From NCBI GenBank assembly GCA_041654855.1, contig JBAZCS010000002.1, positions 1 to 63,859 on the forward strand: a DNA stretch of 63,859 bases. The letters are read 5' to 3'. This document shows, piece after piece, positions 40,808-49,428 of this stretch. Below the pieces are notes generated by a model. It made no database searches. It saw only the letters and a list, made by a program, of their open reading frames with translations, and was not told the origin of the DNA. How positions within the stretch are numbered: the stretch's first letter is position 1; every line of letters starts with the position of its first letter. Source of the DNA: Bacilli bacterium. Lineage in GTDB: Bacteria > Bacillota_I > Bacilli_A > RFN20 > CAG-826. Made by a program: the position numbers and the translations under genes.

Positions 40808-42298
40808 ATGCAACTAAAAGAAATGCGTGCCCCAGTTATTTTTACTTTAATCCGTAATGTAACGATTGCGCTTCTTTCTTTTATTTCCTTTCCCTTTGCT
40901 TCACAAGCTTTAGGAAGTGTCGCAATGGGCATGTATACATGGGCTAATACGTTCGTTTATTACTTTTTAATTATTAGTAGACTTGGTATTCCCCTTATTG
41001 CCATAAGAGAATGTGCGAAAGTAAAAGATGATCAAGAAGCCTTAAATAAACAGGTCCAGTCTTTTTTTGTTTTGCAACTAATTACGACTGCTTTGTCATT
41101 TATATTATTAATTGCCATTATGTTCATTGGGAAAGACCGCTTTATTACCGGTGATACATGGAATTTAATTTTTCTCTTATCAGTTAACTTTTTAGTCGGT
41201 GTTTTCTCTTTTGAATGGGTGTATATTGCCCTTGATCGTGTCTTCTATATGTCGATAAGAGCCGTCATATTAACGGTGTTTAGTGCTCTTCTTATTATTG
41301 TTTTCGTGCAAAATGACCATGATTTATTTTTATATACCTTTATAAACATCTTAGGTACGATCCTTACGGTAGTTATAAATATTATTCTTTTAAAAAAAGA
41401 AGGGATAAAACTTTCATTTAAGCGCAAGATTGAACTTGGTTACCTTACAAAATCACTACTTTTTGTTTTTGGTATTACTTTTTTAATTACAGCCTACAAT
41501 CAAAATGATAGCTTTTTGCTAGGTTTAATCGATAATTCTTTTGATTCCGCTGGGGCTTATGCCGTTGGAGTACGCGGTATTGAAATTGTTATTACAATCA
41601 TTACATCTTTAAGTGCGGTCTTTGTGGTGCGCACAACAAGAGCGCTAAAGGAGAATGACCGTGACTCTTTTCATAAGATTATTCGCTATAGTATGAATAT
41701 CATCTTCTTTATCGGTGTTCCTGCTGTGATGTTTATGATTGGCCTTGCACCAGAAATTGTTGGTTTTATTGTCGAAGGTAGTCCTTATTGGACTGAGAGT
41801 TCGATTAATAATGCGGTGTGGGCGGTAATTCTTTTAGCCTCCCTCATGCTTACTTATTCGATTCATGACGGCATTTATCAGCAAATTCTTGTCCCCCTTA
41901 ACAAAGAAAAAGTATATTTCTTTACGATGCTAATCGCTTTAATTGTCAACATTATTTTAAGTATTGTTCTAGCGTTATTCGTCTTTAAAGCTAACCCTCT
42001 TATCGGTGTTGCAATTGTGACGCTGTTTTCCGAAGTTATGATATTAATTATTCTTTTGATCGTGGCAAGAAATGAAGTTAATCGCCACATTTTCAACTTG
42101 AATAATCTTAAAATTGTTCTTTCTTCGGCACTAAGTCTTACGGCAGTATTACTCTTAAAGGGGTTCTTTCCCTTAAGTAATAAACTGGCAATAATTGGAC
42201 TTTCGCTCCTTATTGGTGGCATAATCTATTTAGGTATTCTCTTTATTAGTAAAGAGGATTTGGTCTATAAACAATATAAGGAACGGAAAAATGGCTAA
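40808..42298 (+). CDS. oligosaccharide/polysaccharide flippase (Wzx, MOP superfamily)
   Basis: 496-aa ORF with about 14 TM helices and a typical N-terminus (IRNVTIALLSFISFPFASQALG). Confidence 0.75.
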   Translation: MQLKEMRAPVIFTLIRNVTIALLSFISFPFASQALGSVAMGMYTWANTFVYYFLIISRLGIPLIAIRECAKVKDDQEALNKQVQSFFVLQLITTALSFILLIAIMFIGKDRFITGDTWNLIFLLSVNFLVGVFSFEWVYIALDRVFYMSIRAVILTVFSALLIIVFVQNDHDLFLYTFINILGTILTVVINIILLKKEGIKLSFKRKIELGYLTKSLLFVFGITFLITAYNQNDSFLLGLIDNSFDSAGAYAVGVRGIEIVITIITSLSAVFVVRTTRALKENDRDSFHKIIRYSMNIIFFIGVPAVMFMIGLAPEIVGFIVEGSPYWTESSINNAVWAVILLASLMLTYSIHDGIYQQILVPLNKEKVYFFTMLIALIVNIILSIVLALFVFKANPLIGVAIVTLFSEVMILIILLIVARNEVNRHIFNLNNLKIVLSSALSLTAVLLLKGFFPLSNKLAIIGLSLLIGGIIYLGILFISKEDLVYKQYKERKNG

Positions 42299-43211
42299 TC
42301 CAAACTTCAAAGAAAACAAGTTAAAACGGTTTGTAGGAGAAACAATGCGCCCCGTTTTTCGTTTTGTGTCAAAGAAACTTTATGTTACTTGGCAATACCG
42401 TTATATTACTGGTCATAAATTAAATTGGAAAAAACTACATCGTTATACTGAAAAGCTTCAATACTTACGCCTTTATCACTTTCCATATGACGAAAGTGTA
42501 ATTCGCGCTACCTCACGTATTGGGGCTAGAGTACGTGTGGCCTCTAAAAAATTAGACGAAATATTAATTCCCTTAGTTGGTATTTATAATGATGTCGAAG
42601 AAATAGATTTTGCAAGATTGCCATCCCGCTTTGTCGTAAAGGCGAACCATGCATCAGGGTTATTACACATTTGCACGAATAAAAGTGAAGAAGATTGGCC
42701 AGCGTTAAAAAAGAAAATAAAAGCGTGGCTAAAAATCGATTACGGTCGCGAAACAGTCGAACCCCATTATTCGAAAGTTCGGCCTTCTATTATAATTGAA
42801 CAATATGTTGGCAATCCTAAATCGTTACCGGTTGAATATAAAATTCATGTCTTTAATGGTACGGCAAAATATCTTTATATCGTGTCCGGTCGTAATGTAG
42901 ATATTCGTTATGATAATTTATATATTGACTTTACTCCATTTGATGAAGCTCAGTTTAATCATTGGCAAAAAAGCGATATTCCGCCGCAAAAACCAGATAA
43001 TTTTGATAAATTAGTGCGTTATGCTGAAGCACTTGCCGATGATTTTATATTTTGTCGCGTTGACTTTTTCTTGGTCGCTAATCATATCTACTTTAATGAA
43101 TTCACTTTTACACCTGCAAAAGGAACCTTAACTTTTGATGATGATCAGGCTGATTTTATAATTAGTGAATGGTTAGATATTTCTAGCGCCATTCGGAAAA
43201 AGGGAACATAA
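42291..43211 (+). CDS. TupA-like ATP-grasp amidoligase family protein
   Basis: 306-aa ORF with YRYITGHKLNWKKLHRYTEKLQYLRLY, VVKANHASG and VEYKIHVFNG, matching my memory of the ATPgrasp_TupA pattern. Confidence 0.7.
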   Translation: MANPNFKENKLKRFVGETMRPVFRFVSKKLYVTWQYRYITGHKLNWKKLHRYTEKLQYLRLYHFPYDESVIRATSRIGARVRVASKKLDEILIPLVGIYNDVEEIDFARLPSRFVVKANHASGLLHICTNKSEEDWPALKKKIKAWLKIDYGRETVEPHYSKVRPSIIIEQYVGNPKSLPVEYKIHVFNGTAKYLYIVSGRNVDIRYDNLYIDFTPFDEAQFNHWQKSDIPPQKPDNFDKLVRYAEALADDFIFCRVDFFLVANHIYFNEFTFTPAKGTLTFDDDQADFIISEWLDISSAIRKKGT

Positions 43212-44163
43212 TTTCATAAAGCATTAAGGCGAATTCTTCGCTCTTTGTTGTATCTTTAACGCCTCCTGGCATTAAATAATCATGCTCTAATAATTCATAT
43301 TTAATCGTCATACCACTTACTCTTTTAAGGGTGTCTTTCGGTAAAAGAAGCGAAAGATCCATGCTCATGACGGTTGTTATACTATTATCGTCAACATTTA
43401 GTTCGGGAACTTCATATTTTATTGTGTGTTTAAGCGCTTGACTCGTTGTACTTTTTTCAATGAAGAAACTTAGTTCCATCATCACTCGAGCTTTCGTAAC
43501 ATTTGGAATACCTAATTCACGGTAATTAACACTTGTACCCCCACGGGCGGTAATAACAAAGTTTTGATAGTTTATAAGTTCGTGTTTAAATACTTGACCA
43601 ACTCCGTCTTCATCAATTTGCATTCGCACAAGCGGACCATCACCATTACATACAATTAATGAATCGGTTAACTTAGAAAAGATTCCGGCCTTAAAAGCAT
43701 TCACGACACTTTCACCCATTCTTTTTGATGTTAAGTTGTTGTGTCTTGCGTAGCTAAACCATGACGCATTAAAGTTACCGGGGCGGGCAAGTGCTTCATT
43801 TAATTGCAAATAGTATTCTGCTTCATTTCCACCAAAGTCAGCTTTATTAATACTTTTAACTTGTTCATCCCCATATAATTCAACAGCTTGTTCCATCGTA
43901 ATATACCCTTTGGCGATATCATTTAAAATAATTGCGTTATGGGCGTTTTCGTAAGGACTTGCAAAACTTACTTGACCGCTTATATCCGTCACTGTTTCTA
44001 AATATAACTCTTCATTTTTATACTTGTCAGGAATGAAACGGTAGTAGTTTTCACTAAATTCCTGGGTGTGAAATTGGTGAGCGTCAAATGTTTCTTGCAC
44101 CGCGGCACAACCCGTTATTGTTAATAATCCTACAAGTAGGATACCAAGATTAATTTTCTTCAT
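43183..44163 (-). CDS. lipoprotein, unknown function
   Basis: 326-aa ORF with signal peptide plus lipobox MKKINLGILLVGLLTITG-C, and SD GGAGG. Confidence 0.8.
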   Translation of the reverse strand: MKKINLGILLVGLLTITGCAAVQETFDAHQFHTQEFSENYYRFIPDKYKNEELYLETVTDISGQVSFASPYENAHNAIILNDIAKGYITMEQAVELYGDEQVKSINKADFGGNEAEYYLQLNEALARPGNFNASWFSYARHNNLTSKRMGESVVNAFKAGIFSKLTDSLIVCNGDGPLVRMQIDEDGVGQVFKHELINYQNFVITARGGTSVNYRELGIPNVTKARVMMELSFFIEKSTTSQALKHTIKYEVPELNVDDNSITTVMSMDLSLLLPKDTLKRVSGMTIKYELLEHDYLMPGGVKDTTKSEEFALMLYEIMFPFSEWR

Positions 44164-45535
44164 GTGCGACCTCCACTTCTTGTTTTACATAAAATGTATA
44201 GCCTGCTAAAAATAAGAGTATTAAAAAATATGGTGAGTGATTAAGGGGGAAATGATTTACATCTTGAAATTCTTTGTATAAATACTGGTTAAATGGATAG
44301 AAAAGCATAAAGCGGAAAAATATTGTAAGTAATACACTTACTAACATTAACTTTAATACTTTATCATCATTTTCATTCATAAAATATTTTATTAAATTAA
44401 TGGTGAAAATAACTAAGAAAGTTAAAAGGAGGAGAGAGCCAAGTAAGCCATCAATCCACATCGCGTCAAAAAGGAAGTTTCCCGTGGGGAAAATACGTTC
44501 GGTTCCAATTGAATTACGGAAGTCACCCAATACATTACGGAAAGTAAATGCTTCACGGAAAACATAGTAAAACCGCAGCATATACCCATTTAAGAATAGT
44601 TTTCGGGTTACGGGATTATTAGCCCATATGTTATTGATATTACTAAGATTAAAGGCGTTAAGCGTAAAGATTAAGGCGCCGAGGGCAACAAGAGCAATAA
44701 CAATATATGCACTAATTTTATTATTAACATAACGGAATAAGTTAAACTTAATAAATAATGCAAAAAGTATGGCGGGGAGTAAAAAGATTAAAGTTAAAAA
44801 TGAGCCTGTTAATATAATCGTTAATAGACCAATTGCACTCATAATGCTTAACGAAATTAATTCAAATTTATGAACATCTTTTTTCGCTAATAAAAGGCCT
44901 AAACCAGCACTCGTGACAATGACTGCATTTGTTAAAAGCACATTAATATCAACCGTCATTATTTTAAAACCATAAAGATAAGATGCTTGTTTGACTACTA
45001 AATAAGCGCTTCCGCCATAAAAGTTAATCTTTCCTTTATATATAAGCGTATGGAAAAATCCATAATTAATTAAAGTGGCAAAAAGCGACACTAATAGCGG
45101 AGCAGTAAACCCTGCTAAGATGACAATATACACGTGTTTTGCTTTAAATACCCCACTTTTGCGAATAAAATAACCAATCAAAATAATGCTAATTGCACCT
45201 ATTAAATATATAATTTTTTCAAATAAGTTATATTGCATGAACGTTTCATTATTGTACATGATGTCCATAGTCCCGTATGCCGGGGCAAGTAATGTCACCA
45301 TACCATAAAATAAGATCGGCATTAATAAAATGTATAACCCCTTAGCTAAATCAACTTTCATTGCATTAAAGAAAAAGGGCGCAAGTATGGCTACAAGCAA
45401 TACCGCTAATATATTAAAGACAAGCCCTAACCTCCCAAAATCAAGTGCAATAAAAAGTATTAACTCTAATGCTAAAAATAAAGATATTAAAACGAGTGTT
45501 TTACTTTGTAACTCTTTTTTCATTACCAATAACAT
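44150..45535 (-). CDS. polytopic membrane protein, possible Wzy-type polymerase/O-antigen-ligase-like
   Basis: 461-aa ORF with about 12 TM helices. The assignment is by context and topology only. An alternative start is the ATG at 45523 (TAATG overlap with the upstream stop). Confidence 0.4.
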   Translation of the reverse strand: MLLVMKKELQSKTLVLISLFLALELILFIALDFGRLGLVFNILAVLLVAILAPFFFNAMKVDLAKGLYILLMPILFYGMVTLLAPAYGTMDIMYNNETFMQYNLFEKIIYLIGAISIILIGYFIRKSGVFKAKHVYIVILAGFTAPLLVSLFATLINYGFFHTLIYKGKINFYGGSAYLVVKQASYLYGFKIMTVDINVLLTNAVIVTSAGLGLLLAKKDVHKFELISLSIMSAIGLLTIILTGSFLTLIFLLPAILFALFIKFNLFRYVNNKISAYIVIALVALGALIFTLNAFNLSNINNIWANNPVTRKLFLNGYMLRFYYVFREAFTFRNVLGDFRNSIGTERIFPTGNFLFDAMWIDGLLGSLLLLTFLVIFTINLIKYFMNENDDKVLKLMLVSVLLTIFFRFMLFYPFNQYLYKEFQDVNHFPLNHSPYFLILLFLAGYTFYVKQEVEVAHEEN

Positions 45536-46464
45536 CCTTTCTCAATATTTTCAAAACCAAGCGGCTTTAAATATGGTCTACTCCAATGAGGATTAACATA
45601 TTGGGCAACATATTCACGGTCTTCCCACCGTTTACCCATTATGCCAAATAATAATTGGGTCGCACCTCCTGATTGAATAGCCATCTTCCCTAATTCTTTT
45701 ATATATAAACAAAGCGGCGTGCCATAAGCTCCCGCTCCAACAAGGGCGATATCAAAATCTTGTTTTAAGATTTCAATCTTTAAATAGTCTAACGCTTCAA
45801 ACCAGTTGTCAAAGCGAGGGTCTAGTTGATCAGCGTTCGTTAACACTGCTTCGATTGTTAATAATTCAAAGTCGGGTAATATATCTGGTTTTTGGGTAAA
45901 TAGTAAGTGTCTTTTTTTATATTGTGCTTTGATTTGGGTGGCAAATGGGGATATAACGAGCACTTTTTTACCCGCTAGTAAATGGGACCATCCACCTAAT
46001 ATTGGATCAAGCGTCCAGTTTTGAATTGGAGTTGCGTTCGGCGTTAAATGTTTAAAGTAATAGTTTTCCATATGCACGCCACTGACGCCTAAAATATCTG
46101 TTTCTTTTAAATGTGAAATTAAGTACTTTGCATAATGATCAATAATCTCGGGAGAGGGTGGAAACACTCCTGCATTATTCTTTATGCTATAAATTACTGA
46201 CTTCTTATATTTTCGCGCCAAGCCGAGTCTAATCTTTTCATAATTATTAAGGGCACTTATTTCGACTGCCCCAAATCGAATAGCCGCAAAAGGCTCACCA
46301 TTAAAAATAGCGTTTTCCAATGCATTATTACCTTTTTGCATTGTGATTTGCTTATGTTTACCAATTTTATCGGTCGGTGGTTTAATCTTAAAAAACTTAT
46401 AACGAAAAACGTTCCAAGAACTTTTTATAAACTCCCAAATATAAGATCTTAACGTTCGTTTCAT
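45523..46464 (-). CDS. soluble protein, possibly a GT-D-fold (DUF1792-like) glycosyltransferase
   Basis: 313-aa ORF. AAIRFGAVEISAL resembles the RFGDGE region, and ALVGAGAYGTPLCLYIKELGKMAIQSGGATQLLFGIMGKRW resembles the C-terminal Rossmann region. Weak recall-based call. Confidence 0.35.
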   Translation of the reverse strand: MKRTLRSYIWEFIKSSWNVFRYKFFKIKPPTDKIGKHKQITMQKGNNALENAIFNGEPFAAIRFGAVEISALNNYEKIRLGLARKYKKSVIYSIKNNAGVFPPSPEIIDHYAKYLISHLKETDILGVSGVHMENYYFKHLTPNATPIQNWTLDPILGGWSHLLAGKKVLVISPFATQIKAQYKKRHLLFTQKPDILPDFELLTIEAVLTNADQLDPRFDNWFEALDYLKIEILKQDFDIALVGAGAYGTPLCLYIKELGKMAIQSGGATQLLFGIMGKRWEDREYVAQYVNPHWSRPYLKPLGFENIEKGCYW

Positions 46465-46478
46465 AGTTTAATCATACA

Positions 46479-47165
46479 CTATTTTTTAATTACATTTTTA
46501 AAAATGTAACTTGCAATCGCTAAACCGTATGCCGGCGGCACAAAAGAACTGCTCCCTGGTCTTTTCCCATTATTTCTTAAAGGTAACTCTTTGGAAGTAA
46601 CGACAATAAGACCTTTTAACTTTTCTTGTCTTAGAGCATAACGTATTTTTTTAGCAAGAGGACAGCCTTCAGTTTTCTCGATTGTTGTCACAAATACCTT
46701 TGTCGGATCTAAGCGATTTCCGGCCCCCATTGCACTAATAATTGGAAGATTCTTTTTAAGTGAATAAGTTATTAGTGCTAATTTATCATCAAAACTATCA
46801 ATTGCATCAACAATAAAATCATAAGCATCCAAATTAAATTTATCAATGTTTTGCGCGTTTATTGGTCCAAAAACAGTATTAATAACTACATTGCTATTAA
46901 TTTGTAGCATACGGTTTTTGGCTACTTCTACTTTTGGTTTACTAATAACATCTTGTGTGGCAATTAATTGACGATTTAAATTGGTCTCTTCTACTACATC
47001 ATGATCGACAATTGTAAATTTTAAAAATCCAGCCCGCACTAAAGCTTCAAGTGCTTGCCCACCGACCCCTCCCACACCAAAGATAATAATGCTTTTGTCT
47101 TGTAGTTTATTAAAGTTTTCTTCACCGACTATTTGAATAGTGCGGATAAACATATTATTCGCCAT
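46479..47165 (-). CDS. tcdA: tRNA threonylcarbamoyladenosine dehydratase (ThiF/E1-like)
   Basis: 228-aa ORF with IFGVGGVGGQALEALVRAG...IVDHDVVEETNLNRQ. Confidence 0.8.
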   Translation of the reverse strand: MANNMFIRTIQIVGEENFNKLQDKSIIIFGVGGVGGQALEALVRAGFLKFTIVDHDVVEETNLNRQLIATQDVISKPKVEVAKNRMLQINSNVVINTVFGPINAQNIDKFNLDAYDFIVDAIDSFDDKLALITYSLKKNLPIISAMGAGNRLDPTKVFVTTIEKTEGCPLAKKIRYALRQEKLKGLIVVTSKELPLRNNGKRPGSSSFVPPAYGLAIASYIFKNVIKK

Positions 47166-48099
47166 ATAAAAAATCCTTTACTTCTTTTGTATATAGTTCG
47201 CGATACTTCAAATATGATTCACAGTGCCCTGCTCCAGGAAATGCCACTAGCTTTTTATCAGCGTTTGTAGCTTTATAGTTTTTAACTGACATATTAAAGG
47301 GAACAAATCGATCATCTGTACCATGTAGAAATAATATTGGGATATCTTTATTCTTTTTTAATTCTTTTGAGACTCTTACTTTATTTAAATTAAAACCCGC
47401 AAAGAAACGAGCGAAAAGATTTATACCCCAGAATAATGTCTTTGGTCTAATTTTTACAAGTCTTTGCCCAGCATAAAGTAACACCCCATTGGTTCTTGAA
47501 TAACCACAGTCAGCGATAACTCCTTTAAAACTATTTGGTAATCCATTTAATGAGGTTACTAATAAACTAGTTGCGGCACCCATGGAAACCCCATGTAAAT
47601 ATATTTCTTTTTTTCCTTTATATCGATTATTTATATAAAAAATCCATTCGCGGACATCATAGCGTTCCATTGCTCCTAATGTTGTGTACATACCCGAACT
47701 ACTACCATTAGCGCGTTGATCAATTATTAATACTGACACATTTAAATCATCATATAATGTACCAAAATAACCAATATCACGCATTCCTGCTGAATAATAA
47801 CCATGCACAAAGATTATAATCTTATCACTTTTTGGGTTTTCAAAAAGCTTAGCCCGTAAAGTAATTGTTCCCGATACAATTTTTATGTTTTCATGTTTCT
47901 TTTCCGCATATGCTTTTTGGGTTATATTAATTTCTTCACTATGACAATCAAACCCAGGACCAAATAAAGGTTTGAGATAAACTTTTTTCTTCGTTATTGG
48001 ACGACGGAATAAAAGGCCAAAAGTAATTGTTACCATCCAGGCATACGTTGATATGACAAGAAATATAGCAATTGCAATACCGATAAATACCCATTTCAT
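47155..48099 (-). CDS. membrane-anchored alpha/beta hydrolase
   Basis: 314-aa ORF with an N-terminal TM helix, nucleophile elbow HGVSMGA, and late Asp and His (GTDD, GAGHC). Confidence 0.8.
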   Translation of the reverse strand: MKWVFIGIAIAIFLVISTYAWMVTITFGLLFRRPITKKKVYLKPLFGPGFDCHSEEINITQKAYAEKKHENIKIVSGTITLRAKLFENPKSDKIIIFVHGYYSAGMRDIGYFGTLYDDLNVSVLIIDQRANGSSSGMYTTLGAMERYDVREWIFYINNRYKGKKEIYLHGVSMGAATSLLVTSLNGLPNSFKGVIADCGYSRTNGVLLYAGQRLVKIRPKTLFWGINLFARFFAGFNLNKVRVSKELKKNKDIPILFLHGTDDRFVPFNMSVKNYKATNADKKLVAFPGAGHCESYLKYRELYTKEVKDFLYGE

Positions 48100-48105
48100 A
48101 CTATT

Positions 48106-48111
48106 ATTATA
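48106..48111 (-). promoter_or_regulatory. -10 box TATAAT, 6 nt upstream of the ATG at 48099; candidate leaderless promoter
   Basis: Minus strand reads ccgtTATAATaatagtATG, with no SD. Confidence 0.45.
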
Positions 48112-48121
48112 ACGGCTTTAT

Positions 48122-48153
48122 AAAATAAAAAGAGGGTAATATTAATTACCCTC
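48122..48153 (-). terminator. intrinsic terminator after the phosphofructokinase gene
   Basis: A 9-bp perfect stem GAGGGTAAT/ATTACCCTC with a 4-nt loop, followed on the minus strand by UUUUUAUUUU. Confidence 0.85.
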
Positions 48154-48175
48154 ACATTTTCAAAAGTAATTTAAT

Positions 48176-49384
48176 TTATTTTACTTTTACTTTCTTTAAA
48201 ACGGTATAGCGAGTAATGCCGCCATCGAGTTTTAACTTAATGGGTTTATCAATAAGTGGTAATAAGTATTCACTAAAGAGTTTTCCACCATTATTAACAT
48301 CATGAATTAACTCAGGTGACATCTTATGTTCAACGTTAGCAATACCGCGTAAGTTTTTAAGTTTATAGCTTACTTTATATTTTGGTCCAGGTTTGCGGTC
48401 AATAATAACCATGACACCTGTTTTACCAGCGACAATTCTTTTTACGGCCATTGTTGAAACTTTAATCGCTTCTCTTTGATCGGTTTCTGTAATCGCTAAA
48501 GTTCCCGCTCTTTGTAATAAGCTAAATTCAATTGGCCGTGTTGAATATCCTAATCTTTCTTCAACAATGTTCGCTAATTGGGCGGAAAAACCACCTAATT
48601 GCATATGACCAAAGGAGTCAACGGCTTTATCTTTAGCAGGCATTTGTGTTTCAATACCTTCACTAACAACGAAAAGGGCGCGTTTTTTCTTTTCATATAC
48701 TTCTTTAGCTTTAGCTAAGAATTCTTCAAGGTCAAACTTTTCTTCTGGTAAATAAATATAGTCTGGTTTTAATTCTGGGTCTTGAATGACACTTGCGGCA
48801 GCGGTAAGCCAACCCGCGTGACGTCCCATAACCTCAACGATGACAAATTTAGATTTCTTATAGACTTTATTATCAAGGGCAATATCTTGAATACTTTGGA
48901 CAACATAACGTGCTGCGCTAGGATATCCTAAGCAATGATCGGTAAAAGCGAGGTCATTATCGACGGTTTTTGGAATACCAATGACTTTACAATCAACGTT
49001 TGCCTTCCGGAAAAAGGTTGATAATTTGTAACATGTATCCATCGAGTCATTACCGCCATTGACAAGCATGTATCCAATGTTATGTTTTTGGACGGTTCTT
49101 AAGATTTTTTGATAATCTTCATGGTTAATGTCGCCTGACAATTTATAACGTGTCGTACCAAGGGCAGCGGCTGGAGTTTGCTTTAATAGTTCAATTTGTG
49201 CCTCATCTTCTTGACGTAAGTCAATTAGATCATCATTTAAAAGGCCTTCAATTCCGTGTAAGCTTCCATAAATGCCGTCAATATGCTCGGTTTGGCGCTT
49301 AGCTTCTTTAATAACTCCATAAAATGAAGTGTTAATAATTGCGGTTGGACCGCCTGATTGAAAGTATACTAGTGATTTTTTCAT
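48176..49384 (-). CDS. pfp: 6-phosphofructokinase, predicted pyrophosphate-dependent
   Basis: 402-aa PFK-A family ORF. It has GGNDS (Asp at the E. coli Gly104 position) and PKTVDND (Lys at the Gly124 position), which is the PPi-type signature. Confidence 0.8.
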   Translation of the reverse strand: MKKSLVYFQSGGPTAIINTSFYGVIKEAKRQTEHIDGIYGSLHGIEGLLNDDLIDLRQEDEAQIELLKQTPAAALGTTRYKLSGDINHEDYQKILRTVQKHNIGYMLVNGGNDSMDTCYKLSTFFRKANVDCKVIGIPKTVDNDLAFTDHCLGYPSAARYVVQSIQDIALDNKVYKKSKFVIVEVMGRHAGWLTAAASVIQDPELKPDYIYLPEEKFDLEEFLAKAKEVYEKKKRALFVVSEGIETQMPAKDKAVDSFGHMQLGGFSAQLANIVEERLGYSTRPIEFSLLQRAGTLAITETDQREAIKVSTMAVKRIVAGKTGVMVIIDRKPGPKYKVSYKLKNLRGIANVEHKMSPELIHDVNNGGKLFSEYLLPLIDKPIKLKLDGGITRYTVLKKVKVK

Positions 49385-49428
49385 ATATTCTCCTTTAATT
49401 ACATTAAAAATTATAACATATGAGGCTA

